Counted from the first letter of the stretch, positions 50,681 to 62,760 are shown. The stretch: 64,000 nucleotides of DNA from Octopus sinensis (GCF_006345805.1 NC_043005.1:109616001-109680000); one strand, 5' to 3'. A program made the numbers and translations. Notes: a model not told the origin generated them from the sequence alone.

Positions 50681-51049
50681 GATATATTTGATACGTTGAT
50701 ATGCTATGGAATGAAGGGTTACAAAGAGAGAGAAGAATCCAGAAGAGAACAGGTTCCTTGCAGGGGAGAAATTGCTTATCTAGTCACACGAGAGAAGATG
50801 GGATGGAAGTGACAAGGGAAGTAACATGTGGTTGGGTAGATTCTAAGTTTGTGGGACAGTTATAGTAAAAGGTGGGGAAGGAGAGACACATAGCAATACA
50901 AAATAACTAATTTGGAGGTTTTGGAGGTTAATCAAACAATAATTTGGGTGGAGAGATCAGCATTATATATGAAAGATGGATAACAAATGAAATGGTTCCA
51001 TGCTGTAAGAGGGTTACGTGGTATCAGCTAGTGAAGTACGTTTAATTAC

Positions 51050-51600
51050 AACATCATCATCATCATCATCATCATCGTTTAACGTCCGTTTTCCATGCTA
51101 GTGTGGGTTGGACGGTTCGATCGGGGTCTGTCAAGCCAGGAGGCTGCACCAGGCTTCAGTCTGATCTGGCAGCGTTTCTACAACGGGATACCCTTCCTAA
51201 TGCCAACCACACCGTGAGTGTAGTGGGTGTGTTTTATGTGCCACCGGCACAGGGGCCAGAGGAGGCTGGCAAACGGCCACAATCGGTTGGTACTTTTATG
51301 TGTCACTGACACAGACGCCAGTCAGGTGGTGCTGGCATCTGCCATGTTCGGATGCCACTTTTTACATGTCACCAGCACGGGGATCTTAACTACAATTTCC
51401 ATTTGATTTTTATTTTGATGTTGGTGTTAACGTACTTGACTCAGTAGGTTTCCTCAAGAAGAGCAGGTCACTCTACGATCCAAGGTTAGCACAGCAGGCT
51501 GTCCTGCGAGCCATGAACTCACTTTATTTGTTGGGTCTTCACAGTCACAACATATCTCAGAGGTCTCGGTCTTCGTCATTTCCTCTGTGAGGCCCTACAT
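51050..51600 (-). mobile_element. Family C element with 3 internal tandem units
   Basis: (CAT)n-cgtttaacgtccgttttccatgctag... with gtgccaccggcac-type units at ~51239, ~51300 and ~51366. Confidence 0.85.
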
Positions 51601-51986
51601 GCCACGATTTACATAGTATATGGATTATACTTAACACCAGATAATCTTTTGGTCTGTATGTTAAGTCTTGGGCCCTGTTATAGTGGTTGCACTTTTGGCT
51701 TATTTCTCTTTTGTTAATATAACCTAGTGCTGCATTTTCATACCGAGTTGCACTTCTATTACCACTGTAACTGTTGTAGTTATCATTGCTGCCCTAATCC
51801 ACTCCATCTCCACTGCTACTGTTAAAGCAATATGTCCTGTTATTAAATTTTTAAACAGTTAGGCAGTAACTCTGAATAAGACATGGCATGGGCTGCAGCA
51901 ATCCTACACAAGCCAGCATGGATGTAAAGGACAATATTGATGTTGATAATATGGGTGATATACAAATATGTGTGTATGTATGTATG

Positions 51987-52020
<34 letters not shown>

Positions 52021-52818
52021 TGTATGTATGTATGTATGTATGTATGTATGTACGTACGTACGTATATATGTATGTATGTATATATGTATGTATATATGTA
52101 TGTGTGTATGTATGTATGTAGGTAGGTAGGTAGATAGATAGATAGATAGATATACAGGTAGATAGATAAATAGATAGATAGGTAGATAGATGGACAGACA
52201 GGCAAATGGTCAGATAGATAGATAAATAAATAAATAGATAGAGAGATAGACAGACAGATATGTTCATGTAAGTGTGTATGTATACATATATCACCATCAT
52301 CATCATCATCATCATCATCATCTAACGTCTGTTTTCTATACTAGCAAGCCAATGGGAATTTTTTTTTCTATTGCCCACTCAGAAATGCTAATTCAATTAA
52401 AAATCTAGTTCTCTATGCATATTTATACATCACAATCTAACAGTCTACACATCCCTATATATATTTCTTCTCCCCTCCCATCTTCTTTTCTCAATGTTTT
52501 GCTCTCCATCTCATAGATTTAGCCTCATCAAAGTTTAAATTCCAACAATGCCACAATCGAGATAAAATATTGATTCCAACTAGACCATTGGTCATCAAAC
52601 ATTGATAGCTTTAACATATCAAAAATCATGAAAAATTATTCGTTTTGACAAGTCCATTGTCATGTAAATGAATCTTTACATTACTAGGTGTCTGCAAGCT
52701 GAACATTATGACATTATGACAATCATCTTTATTATAAATTCACATAAATCTGTTTATCATCAAAAATAGAAAATTTCGTCATAAACAAAATGATAATTTT
52801 TATTTTTTATTCTGACAG

Positions 52819-52896
52819 CTCCAAGATTATCAAGTTATGGAATTCTCACAGATCTAATATCGTCAAAATAGGGAAATCTGGTATTACTGGGTATGG
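52819..52896 (+). CDS. Candidate 78-nt internal exon of an unidentified gene (xSKIIKLWNSHRSNIVKIGKSGITGYG)
   Basis: Acceptor tattttttattctgacAG and donor G|GTAAGT. Length is a multiple of 3 with exactly one open frame (phase 2-2), in unique non-repeat sequence. No family recognised. Confidence 0.4.
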
Positions 52897-53069
52897 GTAA
52901 GTGTGTGGTTATTACATATTACAAGTTTAAAATACTTGCACATAAAAAAAATTTGGGCAAGCATTAATTTTAATCAGGCTGAGTTCACCTCAAGATTGAA
53001 CAGAAACAGTTCGTTATAAGGAAAATCCTGACGAGGATTTCATTTGCTCATTTATTCATTCATTTTCAA

Positions 53070-53575
53070 AATGAAAATCAAAATCGAAATTGATCAACAT
53101 CAGTGGAATTTGTAGTTGTGATACCAGTGCCGGTGGCACGTAAGAGTACCATCCGAACGTGGCCGTAGCCAGTGCCGCATCGACTGGCCTCCGTGCCGGT
53201 GGCACATAACAAACACCATCCGATCGTGGCCATTGCCAACCTCGCCTGGCCTCCATGCCGGTGGCACATAACAAGCACAATCTGATCGTGGCCATTGCCA
53301 GCCTCGCCTGGCCTCCGTGCCGGTGGCACGTAAAAAGCACCATCCGAGCGTGGCCGTTCACCAGTCTTGGCTGGCACCTGTGTCGGTGGCACATAAAAAG
53401 CACCCACTACACTCACGGAGTGGTTGGCATTAGGAAGGGCATCCAGCTGTAGAAACTCTGCCAGATCTGACTGGCCTGGTGCAGCCTTCGAGCTTCCCAA
53501 ACCCCAGTTGAACTGTCCGACCCATGCTAGCATGGAAAGCGGACGTTAAACGATGATAATTATGATGATGATGAT
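53070..53575 (+). mobile_element. Family C element with 5 internal tandem units
   Basis: GTGCCGGTGGCAC-containing units at 53127, 53193, 53255, 53317 and 53380; 3' end gcatggaaagcggacgttaaacgatgat. Confidence 0.88.
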
Positions 53576-53789
53576 TCATCCATCATTATTATTATTTATT
53601 TTTTTCCTTCTTTCTTCAAATTTTCTTCCGTTTCTCACCGAATGTTTTCCATACACCTAGGGCAGAGAAGCTCATTGTATGCATTCCCAGATTACACACA
53701 CAAATTCACAGGTAAAATATGTATTTAAAAAATTAATAAATAAATTCATGGATGGATGTTGTTTTCACAGCGATAATGCTCTTCTCAGT

Positions 53790-54040
53790 ACATGAGCCGT
53801 TCCAGTCAACACGATTTTTTGCACTTCGTGTAGGGATGGTAAGCCTGGTATCATTTTCAGATAGGTTTCAGTACCTTATTTTATCATTCCTAGAGATCCT
53901 ACATTCACTGGTACTGTAGTCGCCTTGAGATGCCACATTTTTTCAATTTCTATTAGCAAGTCTTTATATTTACTAATCTTGTCAAATTCTTTCACCACTA
54001 TATTGTGATCGCAAGGAATACTCATGTCAATTAATAAATT
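53790..54040 (-). mobile_element. R4/Dong-like LINE 3' end (RLE)
   Basis: LLIDMSIPCDHNIVVKEFDKISKYKDLLIEIEKMWHLKATTVPVNVGSLGMIK matches the RLE E..K..KY..L / VPV.VG.LG pattern. Confidence 0.85.
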
Positions 54041-54099
54041 ATTAATATTATTATTAATATTATTATTATTATTGAGTGAGAGAGCAGTGCATGCCATCA

Positions 54100-54350
54100 A
54101 AGTGACACTGGGATAAAATATACAAAGCCCAGCATAACCATCATGACAACCTGTCTGATAAGGGTACATCAGATACATGCATCACAACCAAGTGGTTGGC
54201 GTTAGGAAGGGCATTCAACTGTAGAAACTCTACCAGATCAGATTGGAGCCTGGTGCAGCCATCTGGTTCGCCAGTCCTCAGTCAAATCGTCCAACCCATG
54301 CTAGCATGGAAAGTGGACATTAAACGATGATGATGATGATGATGATGATG
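54100..54350 (+). mobile_element. Family C-related short element
   Basis: gtggttggcgttaggaagggcattcaactgtagaaactc...ccaacccatgctagcatggaaagtggacattaaacgatgatgat. Confidence 0.78.
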
Positions 54351-54548
54351 ATCTTACTTACTCCTAAGTTTAGGAGTCATGCTCTACCCTGGCTGCAGTT
54401 CAATGACCGTAACAAGTAAAAAAAGAAAACCATACAAGTATAATGTAATATACACTTCTTTACATGAATCTTTTTGCTCTTGTTTATAAACCAAATGTGG
54501 GTTTATCTCTCTCTCTCTCTCTCTCTCTCTCCTATATGTGTGTGTGTA

Positions 54549-54595
<47 letters not shown>

Positions 54596-54649
54596 ACACA
54601 TATATATGTATGTGTGTGTATATATATATATATATATATCACGTAGCAT

Positions 54650-54925
54650 ATATTGCTACACATCGCTGGTCACACAATGCGCTTTGCATTGTTTTAACCT
54701 TCAGATGACACCATCCCGCTGGCTAAGTGGGCAGGCCAACAGAAGAAAGGGAGAAAGTTGCATCGAAAGAGTACAGCAGGGATTGCCACCACCCCCTGCT
54801 GGAGCCTCATGGCGCTTTAGGTGTTTTTCGCTCAATAAACACTCACAATGCCTGGTCTGGGAATTGAAACCATGATCCTATGAATGTGAGTACGCTGCCC
54901 TAACCACTGGGCCATTGCACCTCCA
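54650..54925 (-). mobile_element. SINE family D (tail type 2)
   Basis: Reverse complement of the 50371-50680 head and tail. Confidence 0.85.
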
Positions 54926-55403
54926 CGTGTGTGTATATATATATATATATGTATATATATGTGTATGTATTTATACATATATGTGTGTGTGTGTATGCTA
55001 TCTTTCTCTGTCAATTTTATTTAAATCTAATAGCAAAGGATACCTCATTTCAGTAGAAGCCTTAGTAGTCCTGATGTACCCATGTGAATGGACATGCCAA
55101 TTGTGACTTTCGCTTTCAAAATAATGATTGTTTTCCATATACCAGAAGGACAATTACTTCCCTTGAATTGTTGTTATTGTTGTTGTTGTTGATGTTATCA
55201 CTGCTGATGTAGTTCTTTTTCTATATTATTGCTTATTTTTTGTTCTTTATTTATGTTATGCACTCTGGGAAAAAATTGTTTTTTGATTTGTGTGCTTTTG
55301 CATATAGAAAAATGATTTATTTTACAATCAGAGTATATTATTGGAAAATAATTTTTATATTTTCCCTTTATATGTTTGTCAGCAAAAAAAAAAATATGTG
55401 TGC

Positions 55404-55445
<42 letters not shown>

Positions 55446-55581
55446 CACACACGCACACACACTCCTATATATAAACACATACATGCATACATACATAAAT
55501 ACAAGCATAATACATATAAGTGTGTGTGCCTATGAATTTGTGTGTATTCATAGTGCATACATTAGTGTATACAGGTCAATA

Positions 55582-55612
<31 letters not shown>

Positions 55613-56658
55613 GTATATATATATATATGCACATATCCGCAATACAACACACACTCACCACTCTCAACAATCACCCATACACATATATTCGCGCACTACA
55701 CACACTTCACAAAATATATACAATACAAAAGATCAGAAGTGACTGCTATATATTACAATAAATACATGCAAAGATTCACAATGGAACCAGTTTGATATCA
55801 TATGACATATGATAGACAAGTTTAAATAGTTTGGCTTTATATAAAATCCTTCAAATGAAGAATATTCCAGAATAATTCCAAGGAAGACTTACCGTGATTT
55901 GCTGGTGTTTTTTGTTGTTTTTTTTTGTTTTGTTTTTTTACCCTCAAAGAATTGCATTCAAATTTAGTATTTTTCTGGTTCTGCTTTATTTTATTTGGTG
56001 GTGTTCTTACTTTATCTGCAACTTCAGATTGTGTTGTTATTTTTGCTGCTTCTGGTGTTGATGGTGGTGGTCGTGGTGGTGATGCTGGTTGATAATGGTT
56101 CTATTCTTATATTTGAAAACTTTTTCCAAGAAAGCCAGATATAGATTAGTTGGTCTGTGTCACATGTCCTTATGGATACAATCACCATCATGGTTCCTTC
56201 CGATTTTTGTTTTTTTTCCAATGGGTGTGCATAGAAATTTGGTTGTCAGCAAATTTTCTCTTTCTTTGCAGAGTATGGTTGCATCCATGTGGATAACTTT
56301 TGGTTCAAGTTCTTAAATTATATTATAAAAAAAAAACTTAAATTTCATCTTGAAGGCCTCGGGTGTGCATAGTTTTCCCTTTGTGTGTTAGTTGTAAAAT
56401 ATGTGCAAGTACACAAGCATACAGCTTAGCAGTAACACTGATCCTCCTCCTCCTCCTCCTCCCTCACCACCACCACCACCACCATCATCATCATTTTATA
56501 TTTACTTCCCATAATGACATGGACTGGAGGATTCAAGAGGTTCAACAAGTAGTTGGAGGACCATGTTATGTGCCAGTGCTTGGCACATAAGTTAGAAACT
56601 GATATTTTGATATGAAAAAATATTGGCTTTATTAGTATTAAAGACCAATAACAAATAT

Positions 56659-56713
<55 letters not shown>

Positions 56714-56763
56714 CACATATATATATATATGTATATATGCATGTATATATATATATGTATATA

Positions 56764-56807
<44 letters not shown>

Positions 56808-56814
56808 TCAATAT

Positions 56815-57461
56815 AGGGTGGCAAAAAATTTTGTAGAATTTTTTTGCCACCAGCGGCCTAGTGGAAAAAATTAAATAGTCATAGACCATTTTTAAGTTCA
56901 ACATCACATCAGGAACGGCCATAATAGGCCATTCACCCACTAGAAATAACAGCCAAAGCTTCCCGCAAATAAACATCAATTCCGTAAACCAGGAGAAAAT
57001 TAAAAAACATTTACCCTGTAATTTCTTATACGATGCACCGTTTCATCTACTGTTTAATGGTAAACTAACCTGATTAATTAAATCAAGCCAATCTTCCATA
57101 GGCCCTTAGAATCATCAGTAAGAAATAGCAAGTCGGAACAGATATTTTCACGAGGCATTTCCGACCCTGCCTCGGCAATATCTGACCTAAAATTTTCAAA
57201 TCATCGCACTCGCGCCAAATATCTGTTCCGACTTGGCTATTTCTTACTGATGATTCTAAGGGCCTATGGAAGATTGGCTTGATTTAATTTAATCAGGTTA
57301 GTTTACCATTAAACAGTAGATGAAACGGTGCATCGTATAAGAAATTACAGGGTAAATGTTTTTTAATTTTCTCCTGGTTTACGGAATTGATGTTTATTTG
57401 TGGTTGAAGCTTTGGCTGTTATTTCTAGTGGGTGAATGGCCTATTATGGCCGTCCTTGATT

Positions 57462-57466
<5 letters not shown>
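56815..57466. mobile_element. Foldback/MITE-like element with ~245-bp inverted arms (56903-57147 and 57217-57466)
   Basis: The arms are near-perfect reverse complements around a 69-nt spacer. The left end TAGGGTGGCAAAAAA resembles a Tc1/mariner TIR start. The right outer end is replaced by (TA)n. Confidence 0.8.
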
Positions 57467-57527
<61 letters not shown>

Positions 57528-57599
57528 ATAGGCATGTATAATATATGTATATATGTATGTGTATATATATTATATATATGTATATATATATATATATAA

Positions 57600-57775
57600 T
57601 GGGAAGTTTATGAAAATAGACAAAAGACAAAGGCAGGTGGAGTACAAACAAACAACTGTATTAGTATGTCGCTCAGGAATAAATTAAACAAGTCTTTTAC
57701 GTTTCGAGCGTACGCTCTTCAACAGAAAGATATACAGAAAGAAACACAGAAAGAACACAAGAGAGAAAAAAATGT
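57600..57775. mobile_element. Penelope-like terminal-repeat fragment
   Basis: Homologous to 61-260 and structurally similar to 7790-8010; carries the best-preserved hammerhead-like motif. Confidence 0.55.
57692..57730 (-). ncRNA. Minimal type I hammerhead ribozyme-like motif
   Basis: The minus strand reads TCTTT-CTGTTGA-A-GAGC-GTAC-GCTC-GAAAC-GTA-AAAGA: stem I UCUUU/AAAGA, stem II GAGC/GCUC, GAAAC-GUA cleavage triplet. The core has U in place of the conserved A6. Confidence 0.55.
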
Positions 57776-57780
57776 GTATG

Positions 57781-57819
<39 letters not shown>

Positions 57820-57820
57820 G

Positions 57821-57861
<41 letters not shown>

Positions 57862-57867
57862 ATATAT

Positions 57868-58082
57868 GTTTGTGTGTCTGTGTTTGTGTCCTCCCAACAT
57901 CGCTTGACAACTGATGATGGTGTGTTTACGTCCCCGTAACTTAGCAGTTCAGCAAAAGAGACCAATACAATAAGTACTAGGCTTACAAAGAATAAGTCAT
58001 GGAGTCAATTTGCTCAACTAAAGGCGGTGCTCCAGCATGGCCACAGTCAAATGACTGAAATAAGTAAAAGAGTAAAGAGAGT
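57868..58082 (+). mobile_element. SINE family A, 3' half
   Basis: tgtttgtgtgtctgtgtttgtgtcctcccaacatcgcttgacaac...gtaaaagagtaaagag. Confidence 0.88.
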
Positions 58083-58339
58083 AATAGACTTCAGTGCTCT
58101 GCCAGATATGTCTTGACCAGATTAATCACCGATTCCTATTTGCAATATTATTCGTGATCTCATACATAGTAACAGATTTGATTCAACCACGGAACCTTCA
58201 TTTCTGAACTAACATTAGTAACACGCTTATCAATGATGCCAATGATGTGTGTACTATAGAATATGGTGAGTGTGAGTGTTACCATCATTGGCTTTGAAAT
58301 ACAAGTTCTCTGTACAAATCTGATGCAGCGTATCATCAA

Positions 58340-58720
58340 CATCATCATCATCATTTAATATCTGCTTTCCATGCTAGCATGAGTTGGACGATTTGACTGA
58401 GGGCTGGCGAACCAGATGGCTGAACCAGGCTTCAATCTTGATCTGGCAGAGTTTCTACAGCTGGATGCCCTTCTTAACACCAACTAGTCCGAGGTTGTAG
58501 TGGGTGCTTTTATGTGCCACCGTCAGGGGCCAGTCAGGCAGTACTGGCAATGGCCTCACTCGAATCTCTTACACGTGCCACCAGCACAGGTGCCAGTAAG
58601 GCAATGCTGGTAATGATTACACTCGAATGGTGTCTTTTACGTGCCACCAGCACAGAGGCCAGATAGCCGCTCTGGCAATGATCACGCTCGGATGGTGCTC
58701 TTAATACCCTACTAGCAGCA
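58340..58720 (-). mobile_element. Family C element, 5'-truncated
   Basis: (CAT)n-tttaatatctgctttccatgctagcatg... with gtgccacc units at ~58515, ~58575 and ~58641. Confidence 0.82.
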
Positions 58721-59534
58721 GTTATAAGGCATGTAAAGATGGTCAGAAATCAAACTGGCGAAATCGTTTAGATGTAAATATTAATAAATGTTTCATCTTT
58801 AAAGATGAGGTTAATGGTCCAAAAAAAAAAATCAATAATATATATTTTTGTTTTTTTTTCTTTTTGCTAGTCTGACCAACACTAGAATCCTTAAGAATCT
58901 AATGTTTTATATATTTATTTATAAAGCCTTGTTGATTGGTTGTAAACTACCATAGCTTTAAAGGGGATTTTGACCATTAACAAAAAATATCTTTTATATC
59001 TAAAGGTCAGTTTAATAGTCCAGGATATTATAATTGTATTAACAATAACTCATCTTGGATATTTGAACATTTCATAAAAAAAACACAACAAAATACAATA
59101 AAAAAAAAGTTACAAAATTGCTAAAGTCAGAACTTTTGTACCGTGAAGAGAAGTGAGTTCTGACATTTCAGCCAAGGATCTTCAAAGACAAATACTAGCC
59201 AAAAGGTCAGAAATGTCCTCTTCCCACTGCATATGAACTTATGTTATTTTAGGAATGCTATAGGTTTTATAAATTGTGGCATGGACAATGATCCATAATT
59301 CACTGTGGTCAGTTTGATTTATTTAGTGAAACGCACACACACACGCACACACACACACACACACACACACCACACACGCACACACACACACATACACACA
59401 CACACACACACTCATATACATATTTGTATACATACATGCACATATACAGACATGTGTGTGTATGTGTTGTAAGACATGTGGTCAGTTTTTATGTTTGTTG
59501 TGTAGATATATATATTTAGTTAACTAAGATAAGA

Positions 59535-59581
<47 letters not shown>

Positions 59582-59661
59582 CACACACACACATAATCAT
59601 GAAATATGCAGCAGTATGTATATATTATGATTATAAATGTTATATGTACAATAGATCTGTG

Positions 59662-59693
<32 letters not shown>

Positions 59694-59710
59694 AGTATGT
59701 ATATATATAT

Positions 59711-60038
59711 ACTCTTTTACTCTCTTACTCTTTTACTTGTTTCAATCATTTGACTGCGGCCATGCTGGAGCACCGCCTTTAGTCGAGCAAATCGACCCCG
59801 GGACTTATTCTTTGTAAGCCCAGTACTTATTCTATCGGTCTCTTTTGCCGAACCGCTAAGTGACGGGGACGTAAACACACCAGCATCGGTTGTCAAGCAA
59901 TGCTAGGAGGACACACACAAACACACACATATATATATATATACGACAGGCTTCTTTCAGTTTCCGTCTACCAAATCCACTCACAAGGCATTGGTCGGCC
60001 CAGGGCTATAGCAGAAGACACTTGCCCAAGATGCCACG
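59711..60038 (-). mobile_element. SINE family A lacking its tRNA head
   Basis: Family A tail and body; the match stops at cccaagatgccac, where (TA)n and an inverted-repeat element begin. Confidence 0.88.
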
Positions 60039-60058
60039 TATATATATGTATATATATA

Positions 60059-60291
60059 TATAAATTAGAGATAAAACCATTATCATGCAACTCAAACAGT
60101 GATAGACATAAACCAATATATAAATAACCAATATATATATTATTTTTTTTTAATAAATATATAACTTATAACTAGATCTCAAAAAGTATAAAATGAATGA
60201 TAAATATATAATATATTATTTGTTATTTATGTATTGGTTTATGTCTATCACTGTTTGAGTTGCCTAATAGTGGTTTTATCTCTAATTTATA
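60059..60291. repeat. Inverted repeat, 70-bp arms (60059-60128, 60222-60291) with a ~93-nt AT-rich spacer
   Basis: tataaattagagataaaacca...gcaactcaaacagtgatagacataaaccaata.ataaataac versus its reverse complement. Confidence 0.8.
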
Positions 60292-60379
60292 TTTCATATA
60301 TTTATACTGTGAAATTTGATTTATACTAAATTGAATTTTTCCCTGTAAGTTTGGAGTTAAACTCCCTAATATTATATAT

Positions 60380-60692
60380 ATATCTCCGTAATCACCGTGA
60401 CCGACCAGGCTATCAGATGTTGTTACACATCGCTGATCTCAATGCACTTCACATTGTTTTAGCCTTCAAATGACGCCACCCCGCTGGCTAAGCGAGCAGG
60501 CCTACAGAAGAAAGAGTGAGAGAAAGTTGTAGCGAAAGATTACAACAGGGGTCGCCACCACCCCCTGCCGGAGCCTCGTGGTGCTTTAGGTGTTTTCGCT
60601 CAATAAACACTCACAACACTTGGTCTGAGAATTGAAACCGCGATCCTACAACCACGAGTCCGCTGCCCTAACCACTGGGCCATTGCGCCTCC
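60380..60692 (-). mobile_element. SINE family D (tail type 2)
   Basis: ccgtaatcaccgtgaccgaccaggctatcagatg...cctaaccactgggccattgcgcctcc. Confidence 0.88.
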
Positions 60693-61395
60693 ACACACAT
60701 ATATATATACGTGTGTGTGTGTATAAATCCATGCATATTTGTATGATGGAGTAGCTTCCTTCCCAATCACATGGTCTCTGTGTTTCAATCCCACTGTGCC
60801 GCACCTCGTGCAAATATCTTCTGCTATAGTCTCTGTCTGACCAAATCCTTTTGAATCAATTTTTTAAACAAACTGAAAGAAGCCCATACATACATACATA
60901 CACACATGCATACACACACACACACACATAGATTTAGTAAAACTGCTGGTCTTCCATAAAAAACCCTACCTAGACTTGTGCCTCGGAGGGTAACTTTCTA
61001 GGTGTAACCCCATGGTCTTTCAGGACCAAAAATTTAAGTCACAATATATGGATTCAACTAACCTGGTGGTACTCATAAAAAAAAATCCTTTATGTATCAT
61101 TCTACAAAACAAATAGAATATACAGTGCAATACAAGAGAAAAACCATGAGGTATGTATAATTTCTGTATTGATCTAAAAGATTATATATATTAATGCAGA
61201 CATGTATGTAATTTATTTATTATTAAATATAATAAAATCTATTATCTTTGTATGCTTTAAGTTATGAAACAATTTGTTTTGATATATGAATTTTTCAGCT
61301 GTTAAATAAATTTCGTCATGCTGTTTCTTTTATCATTTATATTTTATTTTATATGTGTGTGTATGAATATATACATATATGTGCATATATATATA

Positions 61396-61762
61396 TCTAT
61401 ATATATAAAGCTGAAGTTGTGTGTGTGTGTGTGTGTGTGTGTGTGGCAGGTTTGGTAGCCTTCACTATCTCCTCCGAGACCCTGCAGCGCAAGTTGACCA
61501 AAATTGAGACTATGATAGAAGAAGGCTTACTCTTCATTCCGTAAAGAAAATATTCAAATCGCACCATGTTAAGATGAAAAATTATTTACATCAAAAAGGT
61601 GCTTTTTTTCTATGAAAATCCCTATTTTTTACGTTTATTTCAACCAGAAAAATGTTCACTTAAAGAGAAGAACAAGCTACATAATGTAAAATTTTTACCT
61701 TTCAAAAATTCCAATTCTAAAGGGTCGAAACAAACCCAAGTAATGCCGGGCTATACTGCTAA
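61396..61762 (+). mobile_element. Non-autonomous Helitron-like element
   Basis: A|TC 5' end, internal (TG)n after tataaagctgaagtt, degenerate subterminal hairpin ccc..g-taatg-ccggg, 3' end CTAA|T (CTRR), and no TSD. Confidence 0.6.
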
Positions 61763-61949
61763 TATATATATATATATATATACACACTTGTATGCATGTA
61801 TGTATGTTTGCCTATATATGTATATATATATGTGTGTGTATACACACACACACAGACATATATATGTATATACTATTTTATCTTATTTTATTTTTATTTA
61901 TGCTTATATTCATATTTCAAATTTGATATATTTCCTTTCATATATTAGG

Positions 61950-62760
61950 AAAAGATGAGGCTCCTTAACTGTGGTGAAGGCATCCCATCGAGAAGAGGGA
62001 AACTTTGATATAAAACCAGGTCTTTAGTTGCTGAATGTCTCCTTAATAGCTCTGTACTCTGACTCATAGGGTAGACTAGGCTCTCCAGCTTGCTTATAGT
62101 GGCTTGTCTAGGAGATGGAAATCTCTGAAGAAATGGCCTGAGGTGTGTTGTTCTTGGTATTGTGCACCATATTCCTGCTATCATCACTTTCAAAAAGTGT
62201 GTCTGGCTCTACACAAGCCTTCAACACTCAAATCAAATCATATGTGTGGGTTTTCTGACAACTCACATTTATGCATTCAATATGGACCAGCTTCAACTTG
62301 CAAAATTCAAAAAGTCCCCTGGTGGGAGAGTGAAGGCAGCTGGGACAGGTAAAGGATATTACTGGAAGTCTCTTGCTGGATCTCAACACAGTTGCTGATC
62401 ATTGGGTGATGGCCATTTCAGCATAGACCCTGTGAGTAACTGTGCTGTCACTGTCCTCCAGTGGTGACAAAGCAGGTCAATTTGTACACAGCACTTCTAT
62501 CCCCAACAGTAGGGAGGGCAAGAAAAAGAGCCACAAACACTACTTACTTACCTTAAACTTGGCACCCTGCTGCAGTTGTCTGGTTATTCAGTAACGCAGT
62601 TGAAACATGAAGAAATCTAAGAATGTTGACCCTGGTACTGGGAATGGGCACGCTCTCCAAGATAGTCACTGAGCACCAGAATGAAAAACAGCACTGGTTG
62701 CCCTTGAACTAAAGAATTGCAGCATTGATGTAGCTTCACTCATCTAACAGGATCGTCACA
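61950..62760 (-). mobile_element. Probable decayed LINE (RTE-like) 5' region
   Basis: More GC-balanced block containing aaagtttcccctcttctcgatgggatgccttcacc (minus), recalled as an RTE-type 5' segment; no intact ORF. Confidence 0.35.

Noticed and set aside
53120-53400. CRISPR-like look: palindromic conserved segment alternating with variable ~25-bp segments
   Set aside because: The variable parts are homologous to each other, the array is internal to a dispersed eukaryotic retroelement, and there are no cas genes.
62555-62620. Minus-strand exon-like segment with a strong GTAAGT donor
   Set aside because: Stops occur in all three frames and it sits in a probable LINE-derived block.
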